A stretch of DNA of 64,000 nucleotides from Callorhinchus milii (taxonomy: Eukaryota). The notes beneath the pieces are model-generated. The model ran no database searches, had not been told where the DNA came from, and saw nothing but the letters and a program-made list of their open reading frames with translations. The number at the start of each line of letters is the position of its first letter. Position 1 is the stretch's first letter. The stretch spans positions 12,216,001-12,280,000 of the forward strand of contig NW_024704743.1 of the NCBI RefSeq assembly GCF_018977255.1, given 5' to 3'. This document shows, one piece after another, positions 13,861 to 27,410 of this stretch. Both the position numbers and the translations under genes were made by a program.

Positions 13861-16800
13861 CATTGAGGGAAATGGAAAAAAGGTGGCAAAAGAATTAAAT
13901 GATGTGCCATGATCTAATAAACTGACAGAAAACAGGAAGGGCAAAATCATTTTGAGATATGCTGTGAATTATTTTAAAAAATGAATCTGGTAAATAAATG
14001 AACTCTCTTATTAGAGGTTGAGTTCAATAGGTATTTGCACTGTGCTTTATGAGCACTGTGTTGTCTGCGGGAGAGATCTCACTCCCTAAGCATGAGGCAG
14101 TGCTGGTCATAAAGTCTTCTATAATAATAATAATTGTTGAGCATAGATCCACACTGACAAGAGCCATTGGGATTTTAGTTGGATGGTCAATCCCACCTTC
14201 CTGCCTTAGAATGATGGCCTGATAATTTGATAAGTGAAAAATAATGTCAAATAATACGCTTTTGATGAACTTTTGGAGCCTTTTCTTGGAAAACAAAATG
14301 CTGGCAGTAATACAGGTTTTGTAATCCTCTGGGATTAGGATTTTCTTTCAAAAGCTTTTTTTTATTGAACTTGGTAGCAAATACGGAGCTATTTGGGACG
14401 TCCTCCTGACGTGAAAGGCGCTCTATAAATGTAATTTTGCTGTGTTGATTTGGCAAAGAAATCAACTGAGTGAAACGAAAAGACCTTATGATTTGTTTTC
14501 AGTTTTATTTTTTTCTTCTTCTGACCCTGTACATTCCTATAACAATAGTTCAAGATTTGTTATTGAAAGATAGTTTCTGCCCCAACATTGGCAGTCAGGC
14601 TTTTAGCCATTTTGCCCGTTGTGGAACCCCATCCTGGAGCTCCCTTCTTCACCTGGTTCAAGGTCTAACTTAAAATTATAGAAATGTACAGCACAGAAGG
14701 CGTCCATTTGACCCATCGTTATGTACCTCTTTGACTGTTCTTTCGGCCATCTTTCCCTTCCCTATTCCCCCTCTGGTCTCGCTCCTGCCTCAGATGCTCT
14801 GCTGCAGTGTCAAGCACTTTGGGACATCCTCCTGACGTGAAAGGCACTGTAAATTTACATTGTAGTCTATCCCATCCTCTTCCGTTTCCACAGACTGGCT
14901 TAAAATATAACATCGAATTGTACTAGAACTGTAACCGGTATCTCTAAACTGCCAATAAATACACACAGATCGAAAAGAAAAACAGAATCTTACAGCGTGA
15001 AAACAAAGAATGGAAGCAAAACAGAAAACATGTCATTAGAAGCAAGGATTCCAATTGAAAATCTACCATCATATGATGTTCAAACCAATAAGATTCTTCA
15101 GAGCTCTGGAATGAGACAAAGCGTGGATGCAAAAATAAAACTACTGCACTGGTTACATATTTATATATAAAAAAACATTTTGTGCCCCGACTTTTAAAAT
15201 CACCTGAAAGATGTCAATAATGGAGAACAGAAAGTCATTCTACCGTTTGCACCCAATGCCCTCAGAAAGTATGTCAGCTACAGAGAAAAGCCATCTCAAC
15301 CTCTGCACCAACAGTAGTTTATGTCACAATAAAAATGACTTTCTGTGGCAATTTCTTTTTCTATTTTAGAAATCACCGCAAGATAAATCCTATTTGCATC
15401 TAAAACCTACACTCAGAAAAACACTCTTCAGACCAGTGTGATTGTTTCCAATCCATGGACGAGCTAACTTTGTCATCCCTCAAGTCTGGTATCAATTTGA
15501 GTTGAGTTATGCACAGTTTTGTGTAATAACAACTAAGAAAGAAACCAGAAAAGAAATAAAAAGGCACTGAAAGCAAGAACTCCAAGTCAAGTTCAAAGTC
15601 TGGGTTAAATGCAAACCAACTTAGAAGGGAAAGTTGGTCATTTGACCCACTATGACAGCCTGCACCCCTTTTATATGAGGTTTAATACTTGAAAGAACAT
15701 TTCACTACGAGTGGTGTGGCCTGCAACGAAGCCATTCGAATGCAATGGGCATTAATCTCCTACTTTATTGAACAGAATTCTTTCGCTGGCAGATTTATTT
15801 TACAAACTTTGCATTTCTCCGAGAATTAAGAGGTAGACCTATCCATGTCCATAATATCCCTCATGGTTTCCCTAGTTTGCAGATAACTACGTGATTACTG
15901 GGCTATTAAACATCCTGACATAGCTGCTGAAATAACTTCTTCTTCCCTTACACTTCCACCACACTATCAAATAAATTAGATTTTCAATGTGCATCGGTCA
16001 GTGCAGTCAAAAAAAACAATTGACCCCATTGTTATATAATCCTGGGATGTTGACAATACAAGAGGCCATTCAGAACAAGTATTAGAGACATTTCTAGGCT
16101 TTCATATACAGGCATTTAATGAACCATGTCATATTCTTGCGCTGTTCAAAATTAAGGGGACGTTAGGATTTGAAACATTTTTATCAGTATAATAAAACAA
16201 TCATTATATCTTAACTACAATGCCAGTCAATTTCTACATGAAAACAGGATTCATAGAACCAATAGAAATATAAAAGCACCACATGTGGAAGAATATTCAT
16301 GAAGTTTAAAGACAGTTTCGCCCACAAAATATACAGCCAATCCACTTTACAATATATTTCTGTAAAGCACTTTGAGAGTTTCAACGATGTGATAAGGTGC
16401 TATATCAAATGAAAAGATTATCATTATTATTAGCAACAGTGATCACAGTGCAAGTTCTCAAACTGGACATAACAGGAACATTGCATATAAACTGAATAAA
16501 GCACTAGCCTAAAAGGGGGGAAAAAAAACACAGAATAAGGATTAAAAATTAAGCGGTTTACTTTTGAAGTGCTTTGGGACGTCTCGAAGACGTGAAAAGC
16601 GCTATATCAAATGCAAGGATTATTATTATGATTATTATTATTAAAGCAACTGGTATAATACAATGAATACATTTGTGCTTTCTCCAGACATATACACACA
16701 AGATAATACATTGGTTTCTTGAGATGTAAAATATTCATATTAAAGAAACTCAAAGATTACCTTATAAATTTTAAAAATGAAGTAGTTTTACTGAACTTTA

Positions 16801-18721
16801 GAGGAATATAAACAAATACACTTTAGAGGAATATAAACTTTAGAGCAATATAAACAGTCTCTGAGTGTGGGCTTTAAGATGATGTGCTCCCCTCCCCCAC
16901 CCCCCTCACCATTGTTGTTCTGTGGAAAACGGCTTTAATTTAAATTATTTTCCACAAATAATAATTATAAGCAAAGTTTAATACTTTTAAAATAAAGTCC
17001 AAACATGGCTCTTGTTTGACATGTGGAAAATAATTTAGATTAAAGCTGTTTTCCAGTTCAAGATCCTGGTCCTCACCTACAAAGCCCTCCATAGCCCTAC
17101 CCTACCTCTGATCTCCTGACCCACTACCAACCCGCCCACTCCCTCCTCAAAACCCTCCTGCTCAACTATGCCATCAGTCACCCCTCTTCCCCTCCCCTCC
17201 TTGACCCCAGCTTGGGTCTGAAATGCTGTACACAGTCCAGCGCCTTGGGAAGTCCTCCCGACGTGAAAGGCACTATACAAATGCAATCTTGTTGTTGTTC
17301 CACAGAACAACACTTGGGGGGAGGGAGGGGGCGCAGGGGAGGGGAGCACATCATCTTAAAGCCCACACTCAGAGGCGTGGTCTGGCTCGCTCATTAAATT
17401 CACTTTTTTTTAAAACACTGACGGGGCTCTGAGCAGTTCATATCCTATCCCGGGATATGGAGAAGATCTGTTGATGTCTCACCACCAAGATGTGCAGGTT
17501 AATTAGACAGCCCAAGTGTCATCAACTGCAATATAGCATATGGCATAATAGAATGCAACTATCTGGCTCTTCCTAGTTACACAAGGCTGGTAGATTTCAC
17601 ACTCCTCCAGGGCAATTAAATGGCATCTTCAGCACATTCTGGTAAAGGAGGGCAGCACCTGTCTTACTAGAGTGGTGAGATGCTAGAATGCTACATATGA
17701 TCCTCCAGCTGATTCTGAAGATTCAAGAGAAAGACCTGCACAGGCTCCAACTTGACTTCCTGTTCCTGGCGAGCAAAATCTCCTGTGCATATGGGTATAG
17801 ATTCTTCATTCTGGTAAGAAATATCAATGTCTAATTGTGGTGCCTTCGGTCTTCTGATGACGCTGCACCAATCCAATGGTAGAAGGTCAAACTCCTCTAT
17901 GGAAAAGTAAAACAGGCTATCTCATTGAGAATTCAAACTCTACAATGGACTTCTAGACATCTATAGTAAATCACATGCAAAACAAGTACTTATAATATTT
18001 ACTTTGAAAAGAGGATGTAGGACACAAACAGCTGAAAAAGAACAGGACTTTCCAACATGCAAAATAACAAATGCATTTACAAACAGAATATGAAATGATT
18101 GTACTTGGGATGGAAATCAAAGTTTCACTTACTAGACTGTGAGTATCCGCAAAGGAGGAAGCAGTGGCAATGATTTTCTCCAGACTTTTCTTGGTGGTCT
18201 ATTGTAACCAGGTGTATTGACCTTTCCGTTCTATTCCAATTTATACCTTGCAGAATATTTAAGGTTGACGATTTACTTGCAACAATCATAGAAGTTTCCT
18301 TTTGAGTACCAACTCACCTTTCTAATGATGCTGTTTCAACGTCATTCCTGCACTGTTTGTGCGATGTGGGTGGGTAACTTTGCCGCATTTATTCATAACT
18401 AGTAGCCAGTTGTATGCAGTTACACTTCACTGAATCTCCTGCATTTCTTGCAGAACATTGAGTATTTACAGCATCAATTTACCAAACCATGCATAGGTCA
18501 AGGAACTCGTCTATGTGAGTGCATGAGCTAACCATGTATAATGTCAACCAGTGGGTGTCAATTCCTGTTAACACCAAAAAAAATGAAGGTTTGATTCAGC
18601 ACGAACTGAACAGAGTCAACACTACAACACCATCAAACGTATCTGTATTGTCCTTCGGACAAGATGTTAAACCGAGGTCCCATCTGCCTATTCAGGTGAA
18701 TGTTACAGTTCCCATGGCACA

Positions 18722-19098
18722 AAATAATATTCCTTGTGTTTGATATAGCGCCGTATCACTTCTTCGAAACATCTCAACGAGCTTCCCAGAATATACTGCA
18801 AAGTGAATTGACTGTATATTTTGTGGGAGAAATGCGGCAGCCAATTGCGCATAGCAGTATCCAACAACCAGTCATGGACTGATTGTCCAAATTATCATTA
18901 ATATTATTCTTTGTTTTTTTGAAGGAATTATTACCCTTTGAAAATCGATCCCCAATCGACTAACAACCAGATTACTACATACTGCTAGGTAAACAGCGGT
19001 GTGTGGAGTAAGGAAACAATGTTCGCCCTGCCCGGGAATCGAACCCAGGTCCTCTTGCTTGTGAGGCGAGTGCTCTAACCACTAAGCTACAGTACTCC
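18722..19098 (-). mobile_element. Full-length tRNA-derived SINE inserted in a Deu-type SINE
   Basis: A/B boxes (GGTTCGATTCCC), ATT tail; Deu-domain halves on either side (18650-18720, 19110-19240). Confidence 0.85.
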
Positions 19099-19266
19099 AC
19101 AAATTCCACTGTTGGACAAGAGAAGGGAGTTTCTCCTGGTGTCCTGGCCAACAATCCCCACATAAAAAAGATGGTGATGGTTGTTTATGGGGTATTGCTG
19201 TGTTTACTCACAAAAATACATTCAATACACTTTACTGTATATTCTGTATATCCAATACACATTACT

Positions 19267-20010
19267 GTATATAAATGACCTGGACTTGGGTATAAGCAGT
19301 ACAATTTCCAAGTTTGCAGATGATACTAAGCTAGGAAAAGTAGTAAATGGAGAGGAGGGTAGTAGTAGACTACAAAAGGACATAAACAGACTGGTAAGAT
19401 GGGCAGATATGTGGCAGATGAAGTTTAATGTGGAGAAATGCGAAGTAATGCACTTTGGTAGGAAGAATAAGGAGGTAATATAAGATAGATGGTATAATCT
19501 TAAAGGGGTGAAGGAACAGAGAGACCTGGGGGGTTCACATAAGTAATTCTTTGAAGTTGGCAGGACAAGTAGGTAAAGCTGTTAAAAAAGCATATGGGAT
19601 ATTAGGCTTTATAAATAGGGGCATAGATTACATAAGTCAGGAAGTTATGATAAATAGAAATTTTCAAAATTCTGAGGGGAACAAGGAGAAACTGTTTACA
19701 CTGATGGATGGATCGGTAACTCAAGGACACCAACTTAAAATAGTTGTTAAAAGAAACAGAGCGGAGGTGAGAAGAAATTTTCACACAGCGAGTTGTTCGG
19801 ATCTGGAATGCATTGCCTGAAAGGGTGGCGGAAGCCGATTTGATAACAACTTTAAGAGAAAAGTACATAATTATTTGGGGAGGACAAGTTTGCAGGGCTA
19901 TGGGGAGAGAGCGGGGGAGTGGGATTGATTTGGATAGCTCTTTTCAAAGAGCCGGCACAGACATGATGGGCCGATGGGCCTCCTTCTATGCTGTATAATT
20001 CTATGATTAT
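19267..20010 (+). mobile_element. CR1 LINE 3' portion
   Basis: YINDLD...ISKFADDTKLG...LQKDI..L..WA..WQMKFNVEKCEVMHFG; CR1 3' end with TTCTATGA. Confidence 0.92.
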
Positions 20011-23000
20011 GATCTATGACAATGTTCCTGTGAAGCGCTTTGATATTATAGGCGCTATGTCAAATAGAAGGATTATTATGTTAAATACTGTGTATGACAT
20101 CAAGAATAAAATAGACATCATAAAGCAGAAACATTCACAGGCCAATGGAATGCCAATCCTGAGGCATACTTTGACCTTGAAATGAACTCCGTAAGTTGTG
20201 TTTGAGGAGGTATGGGAGAGGGAAGCAAAGTATTAACGTTGTCAGGGACCAGATGGGTCAAATGGCCGGTTTTCATGCTGTAACAGTCTATGTAAACCAA
20301 AGTGTTAACCTACACTACAGACAAGTGGAGTGCATGAAGTCAAATTACTTTATTTACATCAAGTTTTGTTTCCCCGTCAGAAGTTGAAAAAATCCGACAA
20401 TCAAACTGTATTAATTGAGCTACATGAATAAAGACAGAAAATGCTGGGAATGTACCATACAGCAGCGCAAACAGCACTGAAAGAGAAAGGCATCTTAACA
20501 TTTTGGGCGAAAGCTTTCATCCGAAACACGAAAGCACATTTCTCTTTTACAACTGGTTTGTTTTGTGCATTTTAGATTTCAAGCATTCAACCCTTTTTTC
20601 TGTTACTTGAACGACAGTGCTATAACATGACAACCAAATTTCAATATTAGCTTTTATTTCACTGTGCATTACAAAGGAATAGAATCCCCTTTACATCACA
20701 CCAGAGTTCCTACCAGTAAATCAAAACTGCTGCATATCTTTCCTGACAAACTTAAAGAGCAAACTTAGTTAGTCAAATGTCATACTAGACAGCACAGAAA
20801 ATATGTGTAAATAAAGCTACAAAACTAATAGCTGGCATGTTAGAAGCTGTATTATAAATTATGCAGGGGCAAAAAAGGATATAGTGCAAAGTGCATCTTG
20901 TAGTATATGGACTTACCTCATATATATATATATCACATCGTTAGTTTCTGTCAAAAAGCAGCAAATACATTGTCATCTGAAAAAAAAGAAACATTACTTT
21001 TCAAAATTGTTTTTTTTGTTAAAAAAAGTTGAACCATTTGAGAATCATTGCTGTTTCTCATACCCATGCTCCCACCTGCCAGTTCTTCAGGTGGACGATA
21101 AAGACATCATGATACTATTCAAAAATTGAAAGGAGTTTTTTTCTCCCCAATGTTCAGGCCAATCCATAGTCTTTCAGGTCAATTGTTCATTCATCTATTT
21201 GCTGTTTGTGGGATCCACTGGGTCTCTGAGGTATATTTATGTGCAAATGTGCATGTGAAAGGTTGAGATGTTATAATGAGCTATGAAACTTGCAAGTTCT
21301 TTCCATTTTGGGGTCAGCCAGGTGCCTGCCACATGCTGAAACCCATCACCATGCAAAGAGTATCCAAATCACAGTCCATGCATGCCACCTATACATGGAA
21401 ATTCCCTTGTTTGGAATGAAATAAGCAACCGGTCACATCTTGCTTATCGAAATGATGTCAGGTTCGATTCCCCAGCTGTCCTTCTTACCCCAAATTCGTT
21501 TCCTGACCAGGATCGCTTCCCCCCCACCCCACCTTCGCCACATCATTCGCTTCCAACCATACCCTCATTCATATATTAATCACTGATCCAAAACTACACT
21601 GCCTGTATTCTCAGCTGTACCAAACTCCGCACCCCTTTCACTCCAGTCCTCACCAGGCTCCACTGGATACCGATTACAGAACAAATCCATTTCAAGATCC
21701 ATAAACTTACAAATCGCTCCAGCCTTCTATGCGTCTCGTCCTCTCTGCTCCACCATCAGTGACTTTCAGTCACTGCTCCCCGAAACTCGGGAACTTTCTG
21801 CCTCAATCCCTCCACCTTGCCAATCTTCAGACCGCACCTAAAGACCTTCCTCTTTGACCGTCCCTACGGCCACCTCGCCTCTCTCTCCACCTTGGCATCA
21901 AGCTCTGCACTGTTAAGCGCTCTGAGATGCTACCCACCTGAAGGGTGCTATATAACTACAACGTGCATTTATATATCGCCTTTCACGAGGGGCAGTGTCT
22001 CAGAGTGCTTCCCAGTGAGCGAGCACAAGACTGAGCCGGGGGGGAGGGAGGAGGTAACCTTAAGTACGATCAAAGAGGAAGGTTGTCAGTCGTAATCTAA
22101 AAGAGGGGAAAGCGAGGGTAAAGCGGAGGGATTGAGGGAGAGAGTTCCAAAGTTTTGGGGCATAGTGGCTATATATTAATTTGCATTTAAATAGCACCCT
22201 TCATGCAGATGCAGTCTCAAAGCTCTTAACAATGGCATGTTTTGACGATATAGTAGGAGCCAAAGAATCCCTGCCTCAGTGCGCCCTTCCAAGTCCTACC
22301 AATGACAAGCAATGGAGTACTGTGGACCCGACTGGCTCAGTAACTGTACTATAGTACCAAGACCACCACTAAAGACTGACTCGATTTCAACATTCCATTG
22401 CCAAGTATGTCACCTTGGAGCCCGTTCAGCTTCAAGGAGACCCTACTTGCCCTCCCCCCACCCTCAGGAGTGTAGTCACTTGATCGTCATTTGACATCTG
22501 ACAGGTAGATACCAGGAACTCCCTGCAAGCTTCCTGGTGAGCAGCACAGCTCAGCCTGAATTGCGTGAAAGCACTGCTACCATTTTCCTATCCACAGCCC
22601 GGAGACACCTCTCTACCCATTCTGCAATGATTCCACCAATTGAAGTGCAGAGCTTGAGCAGCAAGCTCGATCAAGGTTAATTCCAAGCTGTGGATGTGTA
22701 TATATGAACTTGTGTTCCCAAACCCGGATTCCAGGTAATGCCTTCCAGCAACTATTATCTCATCAGCTTTTACACAGACATTAACTTTAGCGTGGTAGGA
22801 AGGCATTTACAGGAAAGTTTGTGACATGCCAGTCAGCTTGATGTTTTTGAGGTCCAAGTCCAATGATGTGTATCAGGCTTACTCAGCACCAGCAGTTCAA
22901 TTCAGGTTCTCATGTGAAGGGCTTTGGCAATTAGATAACAATAATCCCTGCATTTGATATAGCACCTTATCATGTCTTTGAGACATCTCAAAGCACTTCA

Positions 23001-23327
23001 CAGAATATACTGTAAAGTGAATTGACTTTATATTTTCTCAAAAATTGCAATGTAGTTTTCTAAGGCAGCCTAATAGTCTGTAGAAATGAGTACAGGCGGC
23101 ACAAATTGATTTGTTTAATCTGAGTTTGTCCTGGAGAGAAAAACTCTCATGCCTATCTGACTGTTTAAGATGAAGAGCAGGACCTGACACACTCTATTCT
23201 ATCTTTTTGACACAAAGTGTTGCACTTTGTCATTGTTACTCTATTTTTTGCATACTCTATACTGTATACATTGCATAAAATATATTATAAGTACCAGTAC
23301 TGTCTATATTAATATTATCAATCTATA

Positions 23328-24452
23328 TGTTGAGGGTTGCCTGCCCCTTTTTGAGGGTTAAGTTCCCAACCAGCTATGGAGACATTAATTCTGGGGGCTT
23401 AGAGAGAGAAACAAGTTACTTGCAACAGGTTTAGCGCGGGGGAGGGGGGGAACACACTGATACTTTGTTTAATGGGAGGAATCATGTACCTATATGAGGA
23501 GGAGGCTTGGCTTACCTTGTGGTCGCGGCTCTCTCAGTCCAACTTTCAATCATATGTGGCATGTAAGTGTACAGAGGGATGCTCGAGATGGAACCAAAGA
23601 GCGTCTCGAAAATGGATGTGTGGCTGTCTGCATCCCCCCAAAAAGGGGGGAACGGCAGGGAGTGAGGTAAAGGCTCACCATCCTGTAAAATTACGGCAGA
23701 GCCAGGACTAGCCCACCGGTGTTAACTGTTCCCTGTAGAAAAAGGAAACTGAACCTCAGCAGGGTCGCTGCGGTGACAGGGGTGGGACTGGTCGGGTATA
23801 TATGTATGTGTATGGGTTTGTGTTTATGAGGTCTCCGGGCCTGCGTTTGAGTAAACATGTGCGCATGTGGTGCACGTCGGGGTGCCATCCGAAAGCGTCA
23901 AGTGAGCCTCATCAGTGTGTGCAGGCACGCAATGGATGCAGTGCACACAGGGGCGATTCCCGACTGTCTTAAAAGGAGTGTCTCAAAAAACATGTGCAAA
24001 TCCTGCGTGCTATGAACCAGTCCGCACTCCCAACTAAGTGCACAGAAGCCACGCCCGCCACAAGGGGCCGGGTCTGTTGCGGTCTGTAACAGAACAATAA
24101 CATGCTGCATCTTTTTTCTGCAATTGGTTTGACACTGTCTGAGATAAATGTAAATGTATACCAACAAACAAATATATATTTTGTAAAAAAAAAGTGCCTG
24201 GCGAGGGGGACTACCTCCAAGTCAAGATTGGTCTTTATTATTATTTCAACTAACATTATTATTTTCTGTCAGTTATCAGTCTGTTGTTGAATAGTGGTTT
24301 ATCCGTTTAATTGTTGTATTTATCTGATTTACTTTGGCCTAGAAGATAGAGACATATACACCCACTTTATTAGTGTTTAGTTAATAAAATATCCGTTGCA
24401 CCTGTTCAATATTGCCTGAGTCTCTGTTATATCCTTAGAGAGGCAGATAAAA
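23328..24452 (+). mobile_element. Solo-LTR-like element
   Basis: TGTT...AACA ends, CpG-richer than flanks, AATAAA at about 24382 near the 3' end, no coding remnant; TSD not evident. Confidence 0.45.
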
Positions 24453-26979
24453 CACATTAAAGCAGGGAGTTGTCGTACTTAGTGGTCTGATAGTCGAAAA
24501 GGCACTGCGGAAAGCATCATGATCGCAGGGTCAGTAAAGCCAATTGGGAAAATCTGTTATGTGTCTCCAAAATAGTCAAATTACTCAAGAGCAGGAATTT
24601 GCACTCACAGAGTTAGGAGTTAATTCTAAGGTTTACTGACATTGTACATGGAGGGATAACGCAACTTACATTATCGCAACTTACATTATTAAACCAGTAA
24701 AGCAACGCACTGTGGCATTTTTGCTAAATTATGTATGTGAAGATGCAATTATCACCAAGCTAAATTCTTCCTGCAAATTTACTCAATGAAGATGTTATGA
24801 AAGTAGCAATTATGAAAAGAAAATCAAATTTGTGTTTGCAAGATACTGTGTCGCATAACTTGGTGCATCACCTGTGCTTCATTGAATGGGTATGCAACTG
24901 ATGAATGGTTGTAAAACTTGATATTTACCCTTTCACAGGTGATTATTATTATTGTAATCCTTGAATTTGATATAGAACCATATGTCTTTGAGACATCTCA
25001 AAGCACTTCACAGAATATACTGTAAACTGAATTTACTGCATTTTTGTGGGAGAAATGCGACAGCCAATTGTGCATGGCAGTGTCCCACAATTATTAGTTT
25101 TAATTATTTTGGAGGGATTAATACCCCCAGAAATGATCTGCCAATCAACTAGCAACCAGGTTCGTATTTACTTCTAGATAAACAGAGGCATGTCGAGTAA
25201 GGAAACTTGCTTAAGACTTCACCGCAAAAGGTGATGCAACCCCAATCCTAATATGGCTATCATCCTGTCCATGATGACAATCACTTGGAAAACAAATTGG
25301 TGCGTTCTAGCCAACCTTGAGACACAAGGCATACATTCACTGATCACTAAAAATAAGTGATAGTTTCATTATAGTTTTAAAATGTGATTTCACCATATGA
25401 TCGACTCCATACTTACAGAAGCTGCATATATCTGACAGGTTCAATATTGACCCAGATTGAATGTAATTTAGGGAAATGTTCATCTAAAATTACAGTCATT
25501 ACATTTTACAGTAAATCCTATGAAGCGTTTCCAAGATATCTGACAATGTGACAAGGCACTATATCAAATGCAAGGTTCATTATAATAAACTGTCTCAGCA
25601 ACTAAAAATCCCAATATAACTACACTGAAGGTTCCATCTGGATGAGCGTCCAAAATGCCACCATTCAAATCAATGATAAGACCACAATCCACAATTAAAG
25701 AGATCTGTCAGCATCTTCTCACATTACAGCAGTGACAAAACCTGATCTCCCCCGCCCCTACACCATAGATAAAATGAAACCAAATAAATGTTTAAAACCT
25801 CCGAGACAGACACCCAATTACACTCTTTTCATTCCTGCTTTCTCGTCTCGCTTTGCTCTGTATTTCTGAAACATTAATGGTAAAGAAGAACTCCATTATG
25901 GTCTGGGTCCATAGACTAAGAACCTGGGTTAAAAGCAGGCGCACTATAAAATGGCTATCTTCTCGGTATTCAGACTACCACTGTCGTAATTTCCTGTGTG
26001 TGCACACAGTGTGGAGGAATTGTTGCTGACAGTACTTCCTCTGTGCTGCGTACATGCAAAAAGTGATCTTCCCGTGCATAGCACATGTACGAGAAGTGAT
26101 ATTGACCAGAAAGCTAGACAGTAAGTGTAAGGGTTACACTTATCCCTTACTTATCCCAGTGTATCACACTTCAATTTGCATAATCCACAATACACCCCTG
26201 CTAAACCGAGGTGCCTTATGATGGAGGTCAATGGAGGTCATCCTAGATCTCTTTAATTCAAACCACTTTTATTTCACCCCTATTTATGATCTCAAAGCAA
26301 TTTCAGTTCTAGAATATTCTGGAATAATACCTAAAATATTTATTTTCAAAGATGAAAAACTTGGTATACATAGAGGTTCACTTGAAGGGTGCCAAAAGCC
26401 AAGTTACAACACTGGACAAAAAAAGTGATAAAACACATACAATGCAACTAAAAGGCACACAATGTATTTGAAAATCAATCCAAGCTACAATTCAAAATAC
26501 TAACCTCACTAGTGAGTCATGATGCCTTAAAGAAATCATCCAAAACACAAACTAATTCACATACAGTATTTGATTACCACAATCATATATATGGCACGTG
26601 CATTAGCACTGAAGGAATTATCAAAAACACAAATAGCACCTTTCACATTGGAAAACATTTCAAAGCTCAGAGATATTTTACAAACTGCATACAGTACAGT
26701 ATTTACTCTTGTCATCAAGCCCATATGTCATCAGTACTTAGAAAAAAGCAGCAGTGTGGACTTAAGGCATAATTTTTGAAGGCATAATTGCAAATTAAAA
26801 TGTTGTACCTGTACTATATATCATCAAATCCAAGCAAAGAACGATAACGTAACAGTTTTAAAACAGAACTGGGTCACTGTTGAAGGAGTAACTCACTCCA
26901 CAATGGGATTTTTTGGCGAGTCCTCAGCCAATGAAATTTGTTGTTACAATTGTGCTATCCCAGAATATTTCAACAGGTT

Positions 26980-27410
26980 GTGCCAGCCTGGCAGTAAGTA
27001 GCAGTCTCCCTACAAATTCAGAAGATTGTGGGTTGAAGCCTCACTGTGAGACTTTGGACTCACATCATCTACGTTGACACTCTAATGCAGTGCTGGGGGT
27101 GCGTTGGGAGGCACCTACCTTTGGATGAGATGTTAAACCAAGGTCCCATCTTGGTTGTCCAGGTGGGTGTTGAAGATTTTGTGGATTATTGAAAAAGAGA
27201 ATGGAGTTTCTCCTGGTGTCCTGGCCAAAAATCTCCAGATTAAATTGGTCATTCAGTTCACGGCTGTTTGTGGGACTTCTGCTGTGTGCAAATTGGCTAC
27301 TATGCTCGTCTACAAAAATAGTCACTATACTTTACAGTATGTCCTGTGAAGTCTTCGAGGTGTCCTCCCAACACAAAAGCAGTGATATTAAATGTAAGGA
27401 TTAAGAATGA
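26980..27410 (+). mobile_element. Deu-domain SINE (SacSINE1/AmnSINE1-like), near full length; other copies near 4110-4410, 21060-21300 and 27940-28320 (-)
   Basis: GATGAGATGTTAAACC.AGG...GGAGTTTCTCC.GGTGTCCTGGCCAA...GTTTGTGGGA core typical of the Deu domain. Confidence 0.75.
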
